From a virus (Duplodnaviria > Caudoviricetes), in IMG/VR virus record IMGVR_UViG_3300025730_000007, positions 21,195 to 85,194 of that record: 64,000 nucleotides of DNA; one strand, given 5' to 3'. The position numbers were made by a program, and so were the translations under genes. This document shows, piece by piece, positions 27,371-37,577 of this stretch (position 1 is the first letter of the stretch; each line of letters begins with the position of its first letter). The notes under the pieces are model-generated. The model saw only the letters and a list, made by a program, of their open reading frames with translations. It searched no databases and was not told the origin of the DNA.

Positions 27371-28059
27371 GTCACTACTCGTTTGAAGGGTTGGTGAAGG
27401 GCATTGCCTGGAATGAGGTATGGCCCCCTCAACAACCCCCCGGCCTCAAGGACTTTGCTGCTCGCGACTACGCGCTAGAGCGCTTGTTCGACTACCTCGC
27501 AACGGTCGTCTGGAGGCACACTGGCCGGGACCGGGATGGTGAACCCGTCGAGTTCCAGATTGAGCGTTGCCGGATGTTCGTCGAGCAACCAGAGGGTGAC
27601 ATCAAGCTCAAGTTCCCGGCCATTGCCGTGCTCCCGAATAACAATGCACCGGAGTCAGAGTGGCTCGGTTCCCCAATCATTGTCGATGACGGGAGGGCCG
27701 GCATCGAGCCGAGCAAGTATGACCGCTTCGGAGAGCAGACTGTGCTCGTGTGTGCGGCGGAGTTGAGCGAGGATGTCATTCTCGATATGTGGTTTGAGAC
27801 TCGCGCCCAACGCAGAGCGGTGCAAGCCGGCATGGAGGGGCCAGTAATGACCACGAACCAGGGGCCGCTCTATCTCACTCTGCCGGGGTACTATGACCGC
27901 ATCGCGTGCTTCACCTACATGGGGTCGCGCCGCTTCGATGGAGACTTCGCGGTCAAGAACCGGCGCGAGTTGCAGGTCACTCTCAACCTGCGAGTGGAGT
28001 GCGTGTTCCCCGTCCTGGCGAGGGACTTCGATCCTCGCCTTCTCATGGAGACTGAGTGA
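27367..28059 (+). CDS. putative tail terminator
   Basis: GTGA overlap; position before the sheath; FPAIAV. Confidence 0.45.
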   Translation: MSHYSFEGLVKGIAWNEVWPPQQPPGLKDFAARDYALERLFDYLATVVWRHTGRDRDGEPVEFQIERCRMFVEQPEGDIKLKFPAIAVLPNNNAPESEWLGSPIIVDDGRAGIEPSKYDRFGEQTVLVCAAELSEDVILDMWFETRAQRRAVQAGMEGPVMTTNQGPLYLTLPGYYDRIACFTYMGSRRFDGDFAVKNRRELQVTLNLRVECVFPVLARDFDPRLLMETE

Positions 28060-28140
28060 TACCGCAACACGTATTGCGGCAGGGTTAGACAACCACAGAC
28101 GCTAGAGGTATTCTGCCCCTCGCGACCCCGGAGGATTACA

Positions 28141-30345
28141 ATGTCCGTCTACATTCGACGCTTCACGGAAGATCCAGGGCTCGAAGTCTTGCTCGACATC
28201 GAGTCCGTCAACATCATTGACCTGGAGCCTCCCGAGGCGTTCGCAGGCATCGGCACGGGGACTGCCATCCTTGTCGCAGAGTTCGAGGATGGCCCCTACA
28301 ACGAAGTCACTGAGGTGTTCGGTCCCTCCGACCTCGTGCAGACGTTCGGTGAGTTCGGCTACACCTACGACGGCGTGAAGGGGAACAACCCGTGCGCCAG
28401 AAGCCGCAAGGCCGACGCGGCAATCACCCCCGAGTATTGGAACGGCAACGGCTTCGTCCATCTCAATGGCAAGAAGTTCCGCCGTCTCATTCTCGTGCGC
28501 GTCGACACGAGTGTCGGCTACGTGGCATTCACCCGGCTCGCCGCACTCACTGGTCTGTTCAAGCCGACGTATGACCTGGAGCCGGGGCAGATTCTCACCG
28601 TCCAGACCGACCTCGTTGCCGCAACCAACGTCACCTTCTTGGCGACGGCGGCAACGGTGACGGGTGTCGGTGGGGTATTCGCTGGAGTGGTTGCGGGCGA
28701 CTACATCGACCTCGCGTACGATGGGAACCCGACCGTACGCGTCACTTTCCAAGCCGGCGACAACAGCATTGCCGGGGTGGTCGCGCGTATCAATCTCGCG
28801 TTCGGATTCACCTTCGCAGCGGACAGCGGTGGAGAGCTTCAGTTGACTGGCCGGCGACGTGGCAACGCGGGCGAGGTCAGCATCGTCGGAGGCTCTGGCA
28901 CCATCGTGACCACGTTCGGTCATGTGGTCGGCGTCAACGGGGGTGGCGGCAACGTCGATGACATCGACGCGGTGACGGTTGCCGAGGTCAATGCGTTGGT
29001 CGCAGCGGCAGTCCCCACCCTTGCGGTCATGCGGGACTACGACCAGAACATCGTCATCTACAACACCACGACAACCGGGGTGGCAGAGGTGGAGGTGGTC
29101 AGTGCCACGACTACCGCTCTCGACTTCGGCTTCCCGCTCGACACGACTGGCGAGCAAGCGACTGCCGATGAGGACGTGAACATCCCCGCTGGAACACGCG
29201 TTCGCAACGCGGGAGCAACGGAGTGGGTGACTACCGAGTCCATCGTGGCGAGTGCCGCTGAGTACGACGGGTGGACTGCCAAGGTGCGTCACGCCCTCGA
29301 CGACGGCACGGGGGTCGCTGCTCCGGTCGGCACGGTCAACGTCATTCCGTTCCCCGTTGCCGGCGCAATCTTCGCAGTCACCAACCCACTCCCCCTCAGT
29401 GCGGCGAAGACTGAGTTGGAGATTGACGCGGCGTACTATGCCGCAATCCAAACCACGCTCGACCTCAACACGGTTGCGCGTGAAGCGAACTTCATCTGGG
29501 CCGCACGGCAGTCCAACATCTGCCGGCGAGGCGTACGCGAGAATGCGATTCTCGCCAGCGAGCGTGGATGCTTCGGGCGGATGTGCGCCATCCGGCCCCC
29601 CATCGGAACGACTCGTGCAGTCGCCAAGGGCAACGCTGAGCCGGGGATTGGCGCATACCGTCACGACCGAGTGATGTATACCTTCCCCGGCGTGTCGACC
29701 TACGTCCCCGCCATCGCCCTCAAGGGGACTGCGGGTGGGGCCGGCTTCACCGCGAACGGCGTTGTCAACCAAGGAGCAGACGGCTTCGCGGTGAGTGTCT
29801 GTTGCCGGCTTCCGAGCGAGGAGAACCCCGGCCAACTGACGACCTTCATGGACGCGGTGCAAGGGTTGGAGTCCGGTGCCGAGTACGTCGGGTGGACCAT
29901 CGACGACTACAAGGCATTCAAGAAGAAGGGAATCATGACCCCTCGCATGGACGACGGGGTGGCAATCTTCCAGTCCGGTGTGACCAGCGTGGACCCAGGA
30001 ACCTACCCGGCCAAGGTGCGTGTCAGTCGCCGTCGAATGGCCGATGAGATTCAGGACTCGTTGGCGAAGATCAGCAAGGGCTACGGCAAGCGACTGAGCA
30101 GCAAGCAACGCCGTCAGCAATTCGTGCTGGACTGCAAAGCATTCATGGAGTCGTTGCTGTCGCCCAACGACCCCACGAAGCAACGAATCGACTCGTACTC
30201 GATTGACCCCAAGAGCGGCAACACCACAACGAGCCTCGCGGCGGGAGCGTACTATGTCTTCGTGAAAGCGAAGACGTATCCGTCACTCGACGCCATCGTG
30301 CTCCAGACCGAGATCGGTGAGAACGTCACCATCAGTGAGGTGTGA
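28141..30345 (+). CDS. contractile tail sheath protein
   Basis: 734 aa; N-terminal PGL..ID, C-terminal RRRMADEIQDSL...YYVFVKAKTYPSLDAIVL typical of sheath C-termini. Confidence 0.8.
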   Translation: MSVYIRRFTEDPGLEVLLDIESVNIIDLEPPEAFAGIGTGTAILVAEFEDGPYNEVTEVFGPSDLVQTFGEFGYTYDGVKGNNPCARSRKADAAITPEYWNGNGFVHLNGKKFRRLILVRVDTSVGYVAFTRLAALTGLFKPTYDLEPGQILTVQTDLVAATNVTFLATAATVTGVGGVFAGVVAGDYIDLAYDGNPTVRVTFQAGDNSIAGVVARINLAFGFTFAADSGGELQLTGRRRGNAGEVSIVGGSGTIVTTFGHVVGVNGGGGNVDDIDAVTVAEVNALVAAAVPTLAVMRDYDQNIVIYNTTTTGVAEVEVVSATTTALDFGFPLDTTGEQATADEDVNIPAGTRVRNAGATEWVTTESIVASAAEYDGWTAKVRHALDDGTGVAAPVGTVNVIPFPVAGAIFAVTNPLPLSAAKTELEIDAAYYAAIQTTLDLNTVAREANFIWAARQSNICRRGVRENAILASERGCFGRMCAIRPPIGTTRAVAKGNAEPGIGAYRHDRVMYTFPGVSTYVPAIALKGTAGGAGFTANGVVNQGADGFAVSVCCRLPSEENPGQLTTFMDAVQGLESGAEYVGWTIDDYKAFKKKGIMTPRMDDGVAIFQSGVTSVDPGTYPAKVRVSRRRMADEIQDSLAKISKGYGKRLSSKQRRQQFVLDCKAFMESLLSPNDPTKQRIDSYSIDPKSGNTTTSLAAGAYYVFVKAKTYPSLDAIVLQTEIGENVTISEV

Positions 30346-30346
30346 C

Positions 30347-30721
30347 ATGGCGGGTATTGCCGACCAACTGAAACTCTGGGCCAAGGGGCGCAAGCCCCCG
30401 GCAAAGGGCAAGCCCTCCGAGGGCGAGGATGAGGAAGGGGCCAAGCCGGCCCCCACAAGCCGCAAGGCGGAGCCCGAGGGCGAACCCCCTGCCGCAACCA
30501 CCCCCGAGGGTGGGCGAGCCTCTGGTGAGGCGAACAAGGGGCCGCAACCCCCGTTCGCCAAGGAGACGACCCCCGGCAACCTCGGCATGGGCGACAAGGA
30601 CAAGCTCGAGCCCAAGAACCCGATTGAGGCGTTCGCCAAGAAGGCGAAGAAAGAGGGGGGCAAGCTCCCACCCTTCGGCGGCAAGAAGGCTCCACCGTTC
30701 ACGAAGGAAGACGGAGGCTGA
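30347..30721 (+). CDS. low-complexity Lys/Pro/Glu-rich protein
   Basis: GAGG RBS before ATG 30347. Confidence 0.5.
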   Translation: MAGIADQLKLWAKGRKPPAKGKPSEGEDEEGAKPAPTSRKAEPEGEPPAATTPEGGRASGEANKGPQPPFAKETTPGNLGMGDKDKLEPKNPIEAFAKKAKKEGGKLPPFGGKKAPPFTKEDGG

Positions 30722-30730
30722 CCCATGGCA

Positions 30731-31127
30731 CTAGTCGCCGCCAAGCTCGGAGAGAATCCGGTTCAACCGGCGACGGCTTACCTTCGTTCCGTCTGGGAGT
30801 TCGTGGTAGCGACGGAGATTGTTGTTCTGCTCTGTTCGGGTAGCCCAACGGCAATTCTCAGGGCAGTAGTCTCCGTCGTTGTCAATGCGGTCAATGCTGT
30901 GCTTCTGGCTTGGCCGTCTGCCCATGTCCTCAAGGAACTGTTCGTAGGACTGCCATGCTTCGCAGACATGAATTCCGCGTGCTCCATAGCTGGGAAAGTC
31001 CTCTGACTGTTTTGGTTGTGCCGCAATCACATCGACACAACCAAGCAGAGTGGGAGCCGTTGTTTTGGGCTCGCTCGATAACGGTGAGTCTTCCGAATCG
31101 TTGGTTGACAAGATTGTAGGCTTTCAT
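30731..31127 (-). pseudogene. HNH endonuclease pseudogene (internal deletion with frameshift)
   Basis: N-part [26 protein letters not shown] and C-part [29 protein letters not shown] lie in different frames; the intervening CGC..W..M..RC block is missing. Confidence 0.75.
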
Positions 31128-31164
31128 AGAGTGGCGGTAACACTCTAAAGGAAAAGGTCAAGAC

Positions 31165-31599
31165 ATGGCGCTCAGGCTGAAGGGGCAAGAAGTCGAGATT
31201 CGCATCAGCAAGGCGGGAGTCCTTCTCGACACCATCACCAAGGTCACGAACTTTGAGTTCGAGGCCAAGGTGGAGATGAGCGAGGAGGGCTTCCTTGGCG
31301 CGACCACGAATGAGTACGACGAGATCTACAACGGATGCTCGTTCAACTTCGAGGTCCACTTGGACACTCCCGACTGGCTCGACTTCCAACAGAACATCAT
31401 CGACAAGGCGCGGCGCGTGACTCCCGACGTCCAGTTCAGCATCAGTGCGGTTCTGTTCTGGCCGGCAGGAGCCACGAAAGCGGTGCTCATTCCCGACGCT
31501 CACTTCGGCGCGTTGCCCATCAGTGTCGGTGGGCGAGCCGACTTCGTGACAGCGAAGTGCGAGGGAGGAGCATCGGAGTTCACGCTTCAAGACCTGTAA
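31165..31599 (+). CDS. tail tube protein
   Basis: 144 aa beta-rich protein downstream of the sheath. Confidence 0.65.
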   Translation: MALRLKGQEVEIRISKAGVLLDTITKVTNFEFEAKVEMSEEGFLGATTNEYDEIYNGCSFNFEVHLDTPDWLDFQQNIIDKARRVTPDVQFSISAVLFWPAGATKAVLIPDAHFGALPISVGGRADFVTAKCEGGASEFTLQDL

Positions 31600-31740
31600 G
31601 GGCACCCCGCGTTCAGCGGCAATTGTGGCCCTCCCTTGCGCGGTATCCGGCTCGGCTAGGTGTCGGTCGTGACGGTGGCCTCCAACCCCGCGCAAGTAAG
31701 AGGGCCACCCTTTCATTGGAGGCCGGAAGGAAAGAACACC

Positions 31741-32370
31741 ATGGCACACAAGCAAAGCAACCAACCCGCAGACGCCGCAACACGTATTGCGGCGGACCCC
31801 TCCCAACTCATCAGCACGGGGGCAACCGAGATCCCACTCGACGAAGCCCTCAGTTCCGATGATTCGGCAATGCCAGACAAGTCCAGCATTGCCGCCGCGA
31901 TGCAAGCGCTCGCTGATACCCCCGCACCGAAGTCGATGCGTGACGTGGAGGAAGCGGACGCCATCCCACCATGGGCCACTATCCCACCGAACTTCAATCC
32001 TCCCAAGGGAGTGCAAGTCATCTTCATGCTGTTCAAAGCCGAGTGGACTGCCAACCCCCGCAAGGGCAATCGGCAAGCCATCGCATGGCCGGTCACAGTC
32101 ATGGAGGAGAAGAACGCACTCAGTCGCGCTCGTGGCGACGTACTCCGCAGCATCGACGAACTCAGCAAGGCGATGGTCAAGTACATCGACGGGGTTCCGG
32201 TTGACTGGACCGGGGCCAACCGCGAGGGCAACATTGACCAATGGTGGAATGAGGTCGGCCCCAAGTGTCGCAACATTCTGCACCGCATCTACACACAGAC
32301 GCACAACCTGAGTGATGACGAGCATGCCGATTTTTTCGAGAACTGCATCGCTGTCAGAACGGTGGGCTGA
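31741..32370 (+). CDS. tail assembly chaperone
   Basis: Position between tube and tape measure; ends near a slippery site. Confidence 0.6.
   Translation: MAHKQSNQPADAATRIAADPSQLISTGATEIPLDEALSSDDSAMPDKSSIAAAMQALADTPAPKSMRDVEEADAIPPWATIPPNFNPPKGVQVIFMLFKAEWTANPRKGNRQAIAWPVTVMEEKNALSRARGDVLRSIDELSKAMVKYIDGVPVDWTGANREGNIDQWWNEVGPKCRNILHRIYTQTHNLSDDEHADFFENCIAVRTVG
32331..32337 (+). other. programmed -1 frameshift slippery heptamer T-TTT-TTC
   Basis: In-frame X-XXY-YYZ heptamer; the -1 frame is open from 32331 to the stop at 32651, which overlaps the tape measure ATG. Confidence 0.7.
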
Positions 32371-32650
32371 GTGAGTATGCGGATGTTCGTCAGAAGCAAC
32401 TGACCAAGCTGGGAGTCGACTTCGACCCTCACTTGCGCTCAGTCCGCTACATCCTGTCCGAGATTGACCCTGCGGAAGTGCTCCGTTGGCGTTCTCGGCA
32501 GAAGATGGAGCTAGGTCGCTATGGGCGGCAATCCGTTCTGCAATGGGACGCGGTTCCGCTGCTAGAGTTCCTGCGGTATCATAGCGACCTAGTGAAACTC
32601 ATCGACAACGAAAACACCCGCTCAGGCGGCACGATGCCAGGGGAAGACTG

Positions 32651-34654
32651 ATGGCGGATACAGCCGAGGTCCAGGTCAAGCTAACGCTCGATGACGCTGC
32701 GTCCAAGGTGGCTGACACCATCAAGGGCAAGTTCGGTCAGCTTGGCAAAGCAGCCGACAAGATAAAGTCGGAGTTCATGTCGGTGGCGAAGGGGGCATTG
32801 ACTACCGCCATCGGTGTCAATCTTGCCCCCGGCTTGCAAGGCATTGTCGGCGCGTTCAAGGGTATGGTCGACAACGCTGCTTCGGTTCAAGAGCGGATGC
32901 GGGCGATTGCGAGCTACTTCGTCACCGGGGCTGATATGGCTTGGGATGCGGCGATGGACCGAGCCACCAGAATCGATCGCGAACTCTACAAGGCTTCAAT
33001 TGCGATTGGTCAGAACATCGATGACGCGAGACGCGCATTCCAGAACCTTGCTACGCAGAGCGACGGTACGGTCGAGGGGATCGAAGCCGCCGCAAAGACG
33101 ACTGAGAAACTCCTCATGTTCGCTGACATTACGGGGGAGAGCGTCACGGCAATCTCTGACGAGTGGGCCATGATGGAGCGAGGCATGGTTCGCACTCGTG
33201 GCAAGATGTTCAAGATGCTCTTTAGCACTGGCATCTTCGGGAAGAATCTGCGCGAGGCGTCCTCGTATTGGGGGAAGCTGACTGACGAGCAACGCTCGGC
33301 GGCAATGGCGAAGGCAATGGGGACTATCTATGAGCGCTTCGCCAAAGCTCCGCAGACGTTTGCATCGGTGCAGACGTCGTTGGATATGGTCAAGCAACGG
33401 TTGCTCGACGTGGTGGGGATGAACGTCATTGGCGTGTTGACTGCCAAGTTCGACAACCTTTTGCAAGCCATTGAGGGCAAGCGTCCTCAGTTGGAAGCCA
33501 TCGCGGCTCGGTTCGGGAAGTTCCTTGGGGCTCAGATCGAGGGAGCCCTCAATTGGGCCGGGGAGAAGCTCACTTGGCTTGAGGACCATTGGGATGACGT
33601 GGTGAAGGGGGCAGAGGAAGGGGCCAAGGCAATCCTCAAAGCGGTGAAGTTCATTGTCGAGAACAAGGAACTCATCCTCATGGCATACGGGCTCAATGTC
33701 ATGGCTCCTTCGATTCAGTTGGGCATTCAAGCAGCGGGGGCATTGAAGCCCATGCTCATCGGTCTGAAGGCACTCAGTTTCACTTCACTCCCTGCGTTCA
33801 CTACCAGTGTGACAGCGGCGGCAGGGAGTGCCGCGACTCTTGCGCTTCAGTTCGCCGCTGTCGCAGCGGCGGCTCTTGCCATCTATGCCGCGTTCGATCA
33901 GTACAAGAAGCTCCAGAGTGAGGGTGGCTTCCGGCAGGCATGGCAAGAGGCGCGCTACGGACCAGGAATGCACTATAGCGAAGCCGACATCGAGGCTACG
34001 CGTAAGAGCATCCAAGAGCAGCAAACGGCGGGAGGTGTCGAGTCCGCAGCGGCAATCATACAGCAGAAGCAGGAGAGCCTCGCTGCAATGAAGGCGAAGG
34101 CTCAGGCCAAGTTCGGCGCATCGGCTCCAGAGCATTACGAGGCAATGGGCATCACTGCGATGGAGAACATGCTCGCCAAGTTCGAGAAGACCATGCCGAC
34201 CGCCGCGAATGTGGCGTTCGCCGCTACCGTTCAGACGCAGAGCGAGTTGATTGCCGCGTACAATCAAGCCGTCAAGACTGGCGATGACGCGATGGCGAAC
34301 TACCTCGCAAACCTCGCCGGCAAGAGTGAGAGTCTGGCGTACGGGTTGAACGATTCCTCGGTGCAGATTGAGGGTGGTTTTGACGGCTTCATCAACCGGC
34401 TCGGCACCACGACTCGCACCTTCGTGGAGAAGCTCAACAATATGTACTCCGAGCAGCATCCACAGAACGTGAAGCCCAAAGAGGCGGCAACCAAGTCCCC
34501 CGCTATCCACATGAGCGGGGGGCAGACGTTCAATATCAAACAGGAGTTCCGCGAGGCAGACCCGGACAGGATTGCCTTGTTCTTCCGGCGCGACCTCGTG
34601 CGTGCCGCAACGTCTCGCACTCGCTCGCGGGTGAGGACGCCATTCGGGGCATGA
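32651..34654 (+). CDS. tape measure protein
   Basis: 667 aa, Ala-rich and helical with a hydrophobic stretch; canonical position. Confidence 0.8.
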   Translation: MADTAEVQVKLTLDDAASKVADTIKGKFGQLGKAADKIKSEFMSVAKGALTTAIGVNLAPGLQGIVGAFKGMVDNAASVQERMRAIASYFVTGADMAWDAAMDRATRIDRELYKASIAIGQNIDDARRAFQNLATQSDGTVEGIEAAAKTTEKLLMFADITGESVTAISDEWAMMERGMVRTRGKMFKMLFSTGIFGKNLREASSYWGKLTDEQRSAAMAKAMGTIYERFAKAPQTFASVQTSLDMVKQRLLDVVGMNVIGVLTAKFDNLLQAIEGKRPQLEAIAARFGKFLGAQIEGALNWAGEKLTWLEDHWDDVVKGAEEGAKAILKAVKFIVENKELILMAYGLNVMAPSIQLGIQAAGALKPMLIGLKALSFTSLPAFTTSVTAAAGSAATLALQFAAVAAAALAIYAAFDQYKKLQSEGGFRQAWQEARYGPGMHYSEADIEATRKSIQEQQTAGGVESAAAIIQQKQESLAAMKAKAQAKFGASAPEHYEAMGITAMENMLAKFEKTMPTAANVAFAATVQTQSELIAAYNQAVKTGDDAMANYLANLAGKSESLAYGLNDSSVQIEGGFDGFINRLGTTTRTFVEKLNNMYSEQHPQNVKPKEAATKSPAIHMSGGQTFNIKQEFREADPDRIALFFRRDLVRAATSRTRSRVRTPFGA

Positions 34655-34689
34655 CACCGCAACACGTATTGCGGTGAGTGAGGCATAGC

Positions 34690-35931
34690 ATGGCCGAGCA
34701 GAGCAGCATCAGCGTCGACTACGAGACTGAGGCGAGCCGCATTGAGCGGCAAACCAACGTCATGACCATCACTGAGCTTGAGGGCAAGAAGCGCGTCATC
34801 ACCCTCAGTACCTCAAGCATGCCGAAGCGAGGGGTGGCATGGGGCATGGAGCAACGCATTGCCACTCGCTGGCCGGCAGGAGCCCCCGAGGCTACTCAGC
34901 AACTCCTTGGCCCCAAGCAACAAGACACTCAGATGCAGGGCATCTGGCGGCGAACGTGGTTGGGGCGCAATCCGGTGCTCGTGGTCGAGAACGGTAGAGA
35001 GATTCGCGTGGTCTACCCCGCGACCATGCGTGACCTGTTCTACGACATACTCATTCAGGGGTCGCTCTTGCAGGTCACTTGGAAGTCAGTCACCCGCATG
35101 GGCCGGCTCAAGCTGTTCAATGCTCCCCACGACCGTGACACCGACATCGCGTGGGATGCCACGTTTGAGTGGATCAACTCGGGCACCCTGTTCCCCTATC
35201 GCCTTGTCAGCACGCGCGACCAAGGGGTCAAGTCTGAGGTGCAAGGGCTCATCCTCATTAGCGAGACTCTGGTCGAGCTTGAGGCTACCGAGATCCCCGT
35301 CGACCTCCGCACCCCCCGGCCCAAGGGCACTCCGACATTGACGGTCGGGCAAGTGAGCGCCTTCTTGGACTCCCCCAAGAACCTCATTGACGGGGTGGGC
35401 CGCAACCTGCGCGAACTGACGAACAAGCTCAAGTCGGTGGCAGACCTTGCAACCAAGTTCAAGAACATGCCGGCAGAGATCAACGCCTCAATCCTTGCTA
35501 CGGCAGAGAACATTGTGGCGACTTGCAATCAGTTCCACGACGAGTTCACCCGCGTCTCCCCGGAGCAGACTACCTACGACCGGAGGGTGGCGAGTCTGGT
35601 GCAGACTGCCTCGTACTATTCGACCGGAACGAAGCAGACTGAATACATGGCGCAGACTGCGGACCAACTGAGGGAGAAGGCGAAGCGGCGCAAGGCCGGG
35701 GGCAAGGTGCTCAATTCGCAATACCCCACTCAGGGGGACTTGCTCGCCCTCCACATCGTCAAGCAAGGCGACACCTTGGCTGGCATCAGTGCGAGGTACT
35801 ATGGCACCCCTGACCACGCGCTCGACATCGCCAAGGTCAACGGGCTCACCTACCCTGTCGCCCCGGTCAGCACGGCAACCGGCAAGCCCACCATGGGGGG
35901 CAAGTCAATCCTCTCCATCCCGAGGGTGTGA
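34690..35931 (+). CDS. baseplate/tail initiator protein with C-terminal LysM domain
   Basis: HIVKQGDTLAGISARYYG...IAKVNGL LysM consensus. Confidence 0.7.
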   Translation: MAEQSSISVDYETEASRIERQTNVMTITELEGKKRVITLSTSSMPKRGVAWGMEQRIATRWPAGAPEATQQLLGPKQQDTQMQGIWRRTWLGRNPVLVVENGREIRVVYPATMRDLFYDILIQGSLLQVTWKSVTRMGRLKLFNAPHDRDTDIAWDATFEWINSGTLFPYRLVSTRDQGVKSEVQGLILISETLVELEATEIPVDLRTPRPKGTPTLTVGQVSAFLDSPKNLIDGVGRNLRELTNKLKSVADLATKFKNMPAEINASILATAENIVATCNQFHDEFTRVSPEQTTYDRRVASLVQTASYYSTGTKQTEYMAQTADQLREKAKRRKAGGKVLNSQYPTQGDLLALHIVKQGDTLAGISARYYGTPDHALDIAKVNGLTYPVAPVSTATGKPTMGGKSILSIPRV

Positions 35932-35934
35932 GTC

Positions 35935-37575
35935 ATGGCTGAGTTCCCTCACCAGACGTATTATCCCGCGTGCAAGGTGCGTCTCATTGTGCGCTTTGAC
36001 GAGTTCAGTGACGAGCCGAGTGCGGTCCCGCCGAAGAAGCCTGCCACCATGCGCAAGGGGCAGAAGGACAAGGGGCAAGTGCTCGACTACATCATTGACC
36101 CCGATGCCCCCGAGGGGACCAAGCGCTATCGCCTAGCGGGCCGAGGACAGACTGAGGCGCAGGAAGCCAGCAAGGACAACCTCACCCACGTCATCGAGGG
36201 CATCATTCCGGTCAGTGCCACCTTGGAGAAGAACACTTACAAGGAGGCTGACACGCTGGAGCTTTCGCTCTCGTACCTCGACCTTCCCTTCGACCCGAGG
36301 ACCGTGCGCTCGTGCGCTGTCGAGTTCTACCTTGGCACCATTGACGGTGACACTTGGCGGGAGTCGATGCGGCTCCAGGTCATTGCGGACTTGCCCGACG
36401 AGAGCGAGTATGGGACCAACCGTCAGTTCAAGGGGTGGGTCGATGATTGGCGGGTGAATTGGGGCAACGAGGAAGCGGCAACGGTGGAGTTGTCGTGCCG
36501 CGACAACACTGCTCTGTTCATTGACCAGGATGCTCCGCCTCAGATCAAGGTGGACCCCAAGGTGGGAATCGACGAGGCGATTGCAAAGTATCTGTCATGC
36601 TTCCCTCAGTACGAAGGTATCGCCGTTGAATACCGCCCTATCAACGAGGATGCGCCGGCCCTCAAAGACGTGATGCAGCGGAGTAGCCAACGCAACGGTG
36701 GAGTCGGCCCCGGCAAGGACAAGATGTCGGTGTGGGACTTCATCATCGACATCACTGGCATGGTGGGATGCGTGGCATTCATTGACGGGGAGACGGTGGT
36801 CATTCAGAAGCCTCGTACACTCTACGCCGATGGCTTCTCCCGGCTCGAAGACCCGTGGCGTGGCAGGGTGGCCGACAACATCCCAATGAACAACCGGACG
36901 ATGATATACGGGAGGAACCTCACCGAGTTCAGCGTCAGTCGGCGTTACAACGAGAAGGCACCACGCAACATCGAAGTCCGGTGCTACTTGCCAGAGCGCA
37001 AGAAGACCATCGTGGTCAGGTTCCCCGGCGTCAAGAGCAGGGTGCAACCGGGGGAGTCTGCCGACAACACCATAACGGTTTTCCGGGTGTCAGGGGTGCA
37101 AACGAAGGAGGCATTGCAGGTCATAGCCCAAGGCATCTATGAGGACATCAGTCGGCAGGAGATTGAGGTGTCCATGAAGACACCCAACATCGCCAGCTTC
37201 GGCGGCGACAACACTGAGCCCGACTTGCTCTACCTTCAGTCGGGCGACCCGATTGAGGTGTACTTCGCCAAGGACGACAGCGGCGAGCCCGTCACTCTGC
37301 CTGCCACTCAGTCTCAGGTTGAGGACGCGCTACTGACTAACGACAAGACATTCGACTACCTCCAGTCGTTGGGCTACGACCCGGACATTGCGTCGGCGTA
37401 CGCGTCCGCGTACACGAACGCGGGATACCAGACAGCATTCCGCACCTTCAAGGTCGTGTACGACTGGAGTGACGATGAAGGTGTAAGCATCTCAATCGAC
37501 GCCATCAACTACATTGAAGTCCGGTATGACAAGGCTCTACCTGACGGGCTCGAACCTGAGCCGACTGCGGAGTAA
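35935..37575 (+). CDS. baseplate hub protein
   Basis: 546 aa between the LysM and spike genes; GDPIEVYF near the C-terminus. Confidence 0.6.
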   Translation: MAEFPHQTYYPACKVRLIVRFDEFSDEPSAVPPKKPATMRKGQKDKGQVLDYIIDPDAPEGTKRYRLAGRGQTEAQEASKDNLTHVIEGIIPVSATLEKNTYKEADTLELSLSYLDLPFDPRTVRSCAVEFYLGTIDGDTWRESMRLQVIADLPDESEYGTNRQFKGWVDDWRVNWGNEEAATVELSCRDNTALFIDQDAPPQIKVDPKVGIDEAIAKYLSCFPQYEGIAVEYRPINEDAPALKDVMQRSSQRNGGVGPGKDKMSVWDFIIDITGMVGCVAFIDGETVVIQKPRTLYADGFSRLEDPWRGRVADNIPMNNRTMIYGRNLTEFSVSRRYNEKAPRNIEVRCYLPERKKTIVVRFPGVKSRVQPGESADNTITVFRVSGVQTKEALQVIAQGIYEDISRQEIEVSMKTPNIASFGGDNTEPDLLYLQSGDPIEVYFAKDDSGEPVTLPATQSQVEDALLTNDKTFDYLQSLGYDPDIASAYASAYTNAGYQTAFRTFKVVYDWSDDEGVSISIDAINYIEVRYDKALPDGLEPEPTAE

Positions 37576-37577
37576 CA

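Noticed and set aside
28102-30183. Long minus-strand ORFs opposite real genes (also 17315..18409, 23396..24808, 59703..60920, 62129..63343)
   Set aside because: They are in-register shadows of GC-rich coding sequence with no recognisable motifs or RBS, unlike the intein-nested ORF.
30725-31006. Plus-strand 93-aa ORF with a good RBS
   Set aside because: After three codons it is the antisense of the HNH remnant, so it is treated as an insertion scar.
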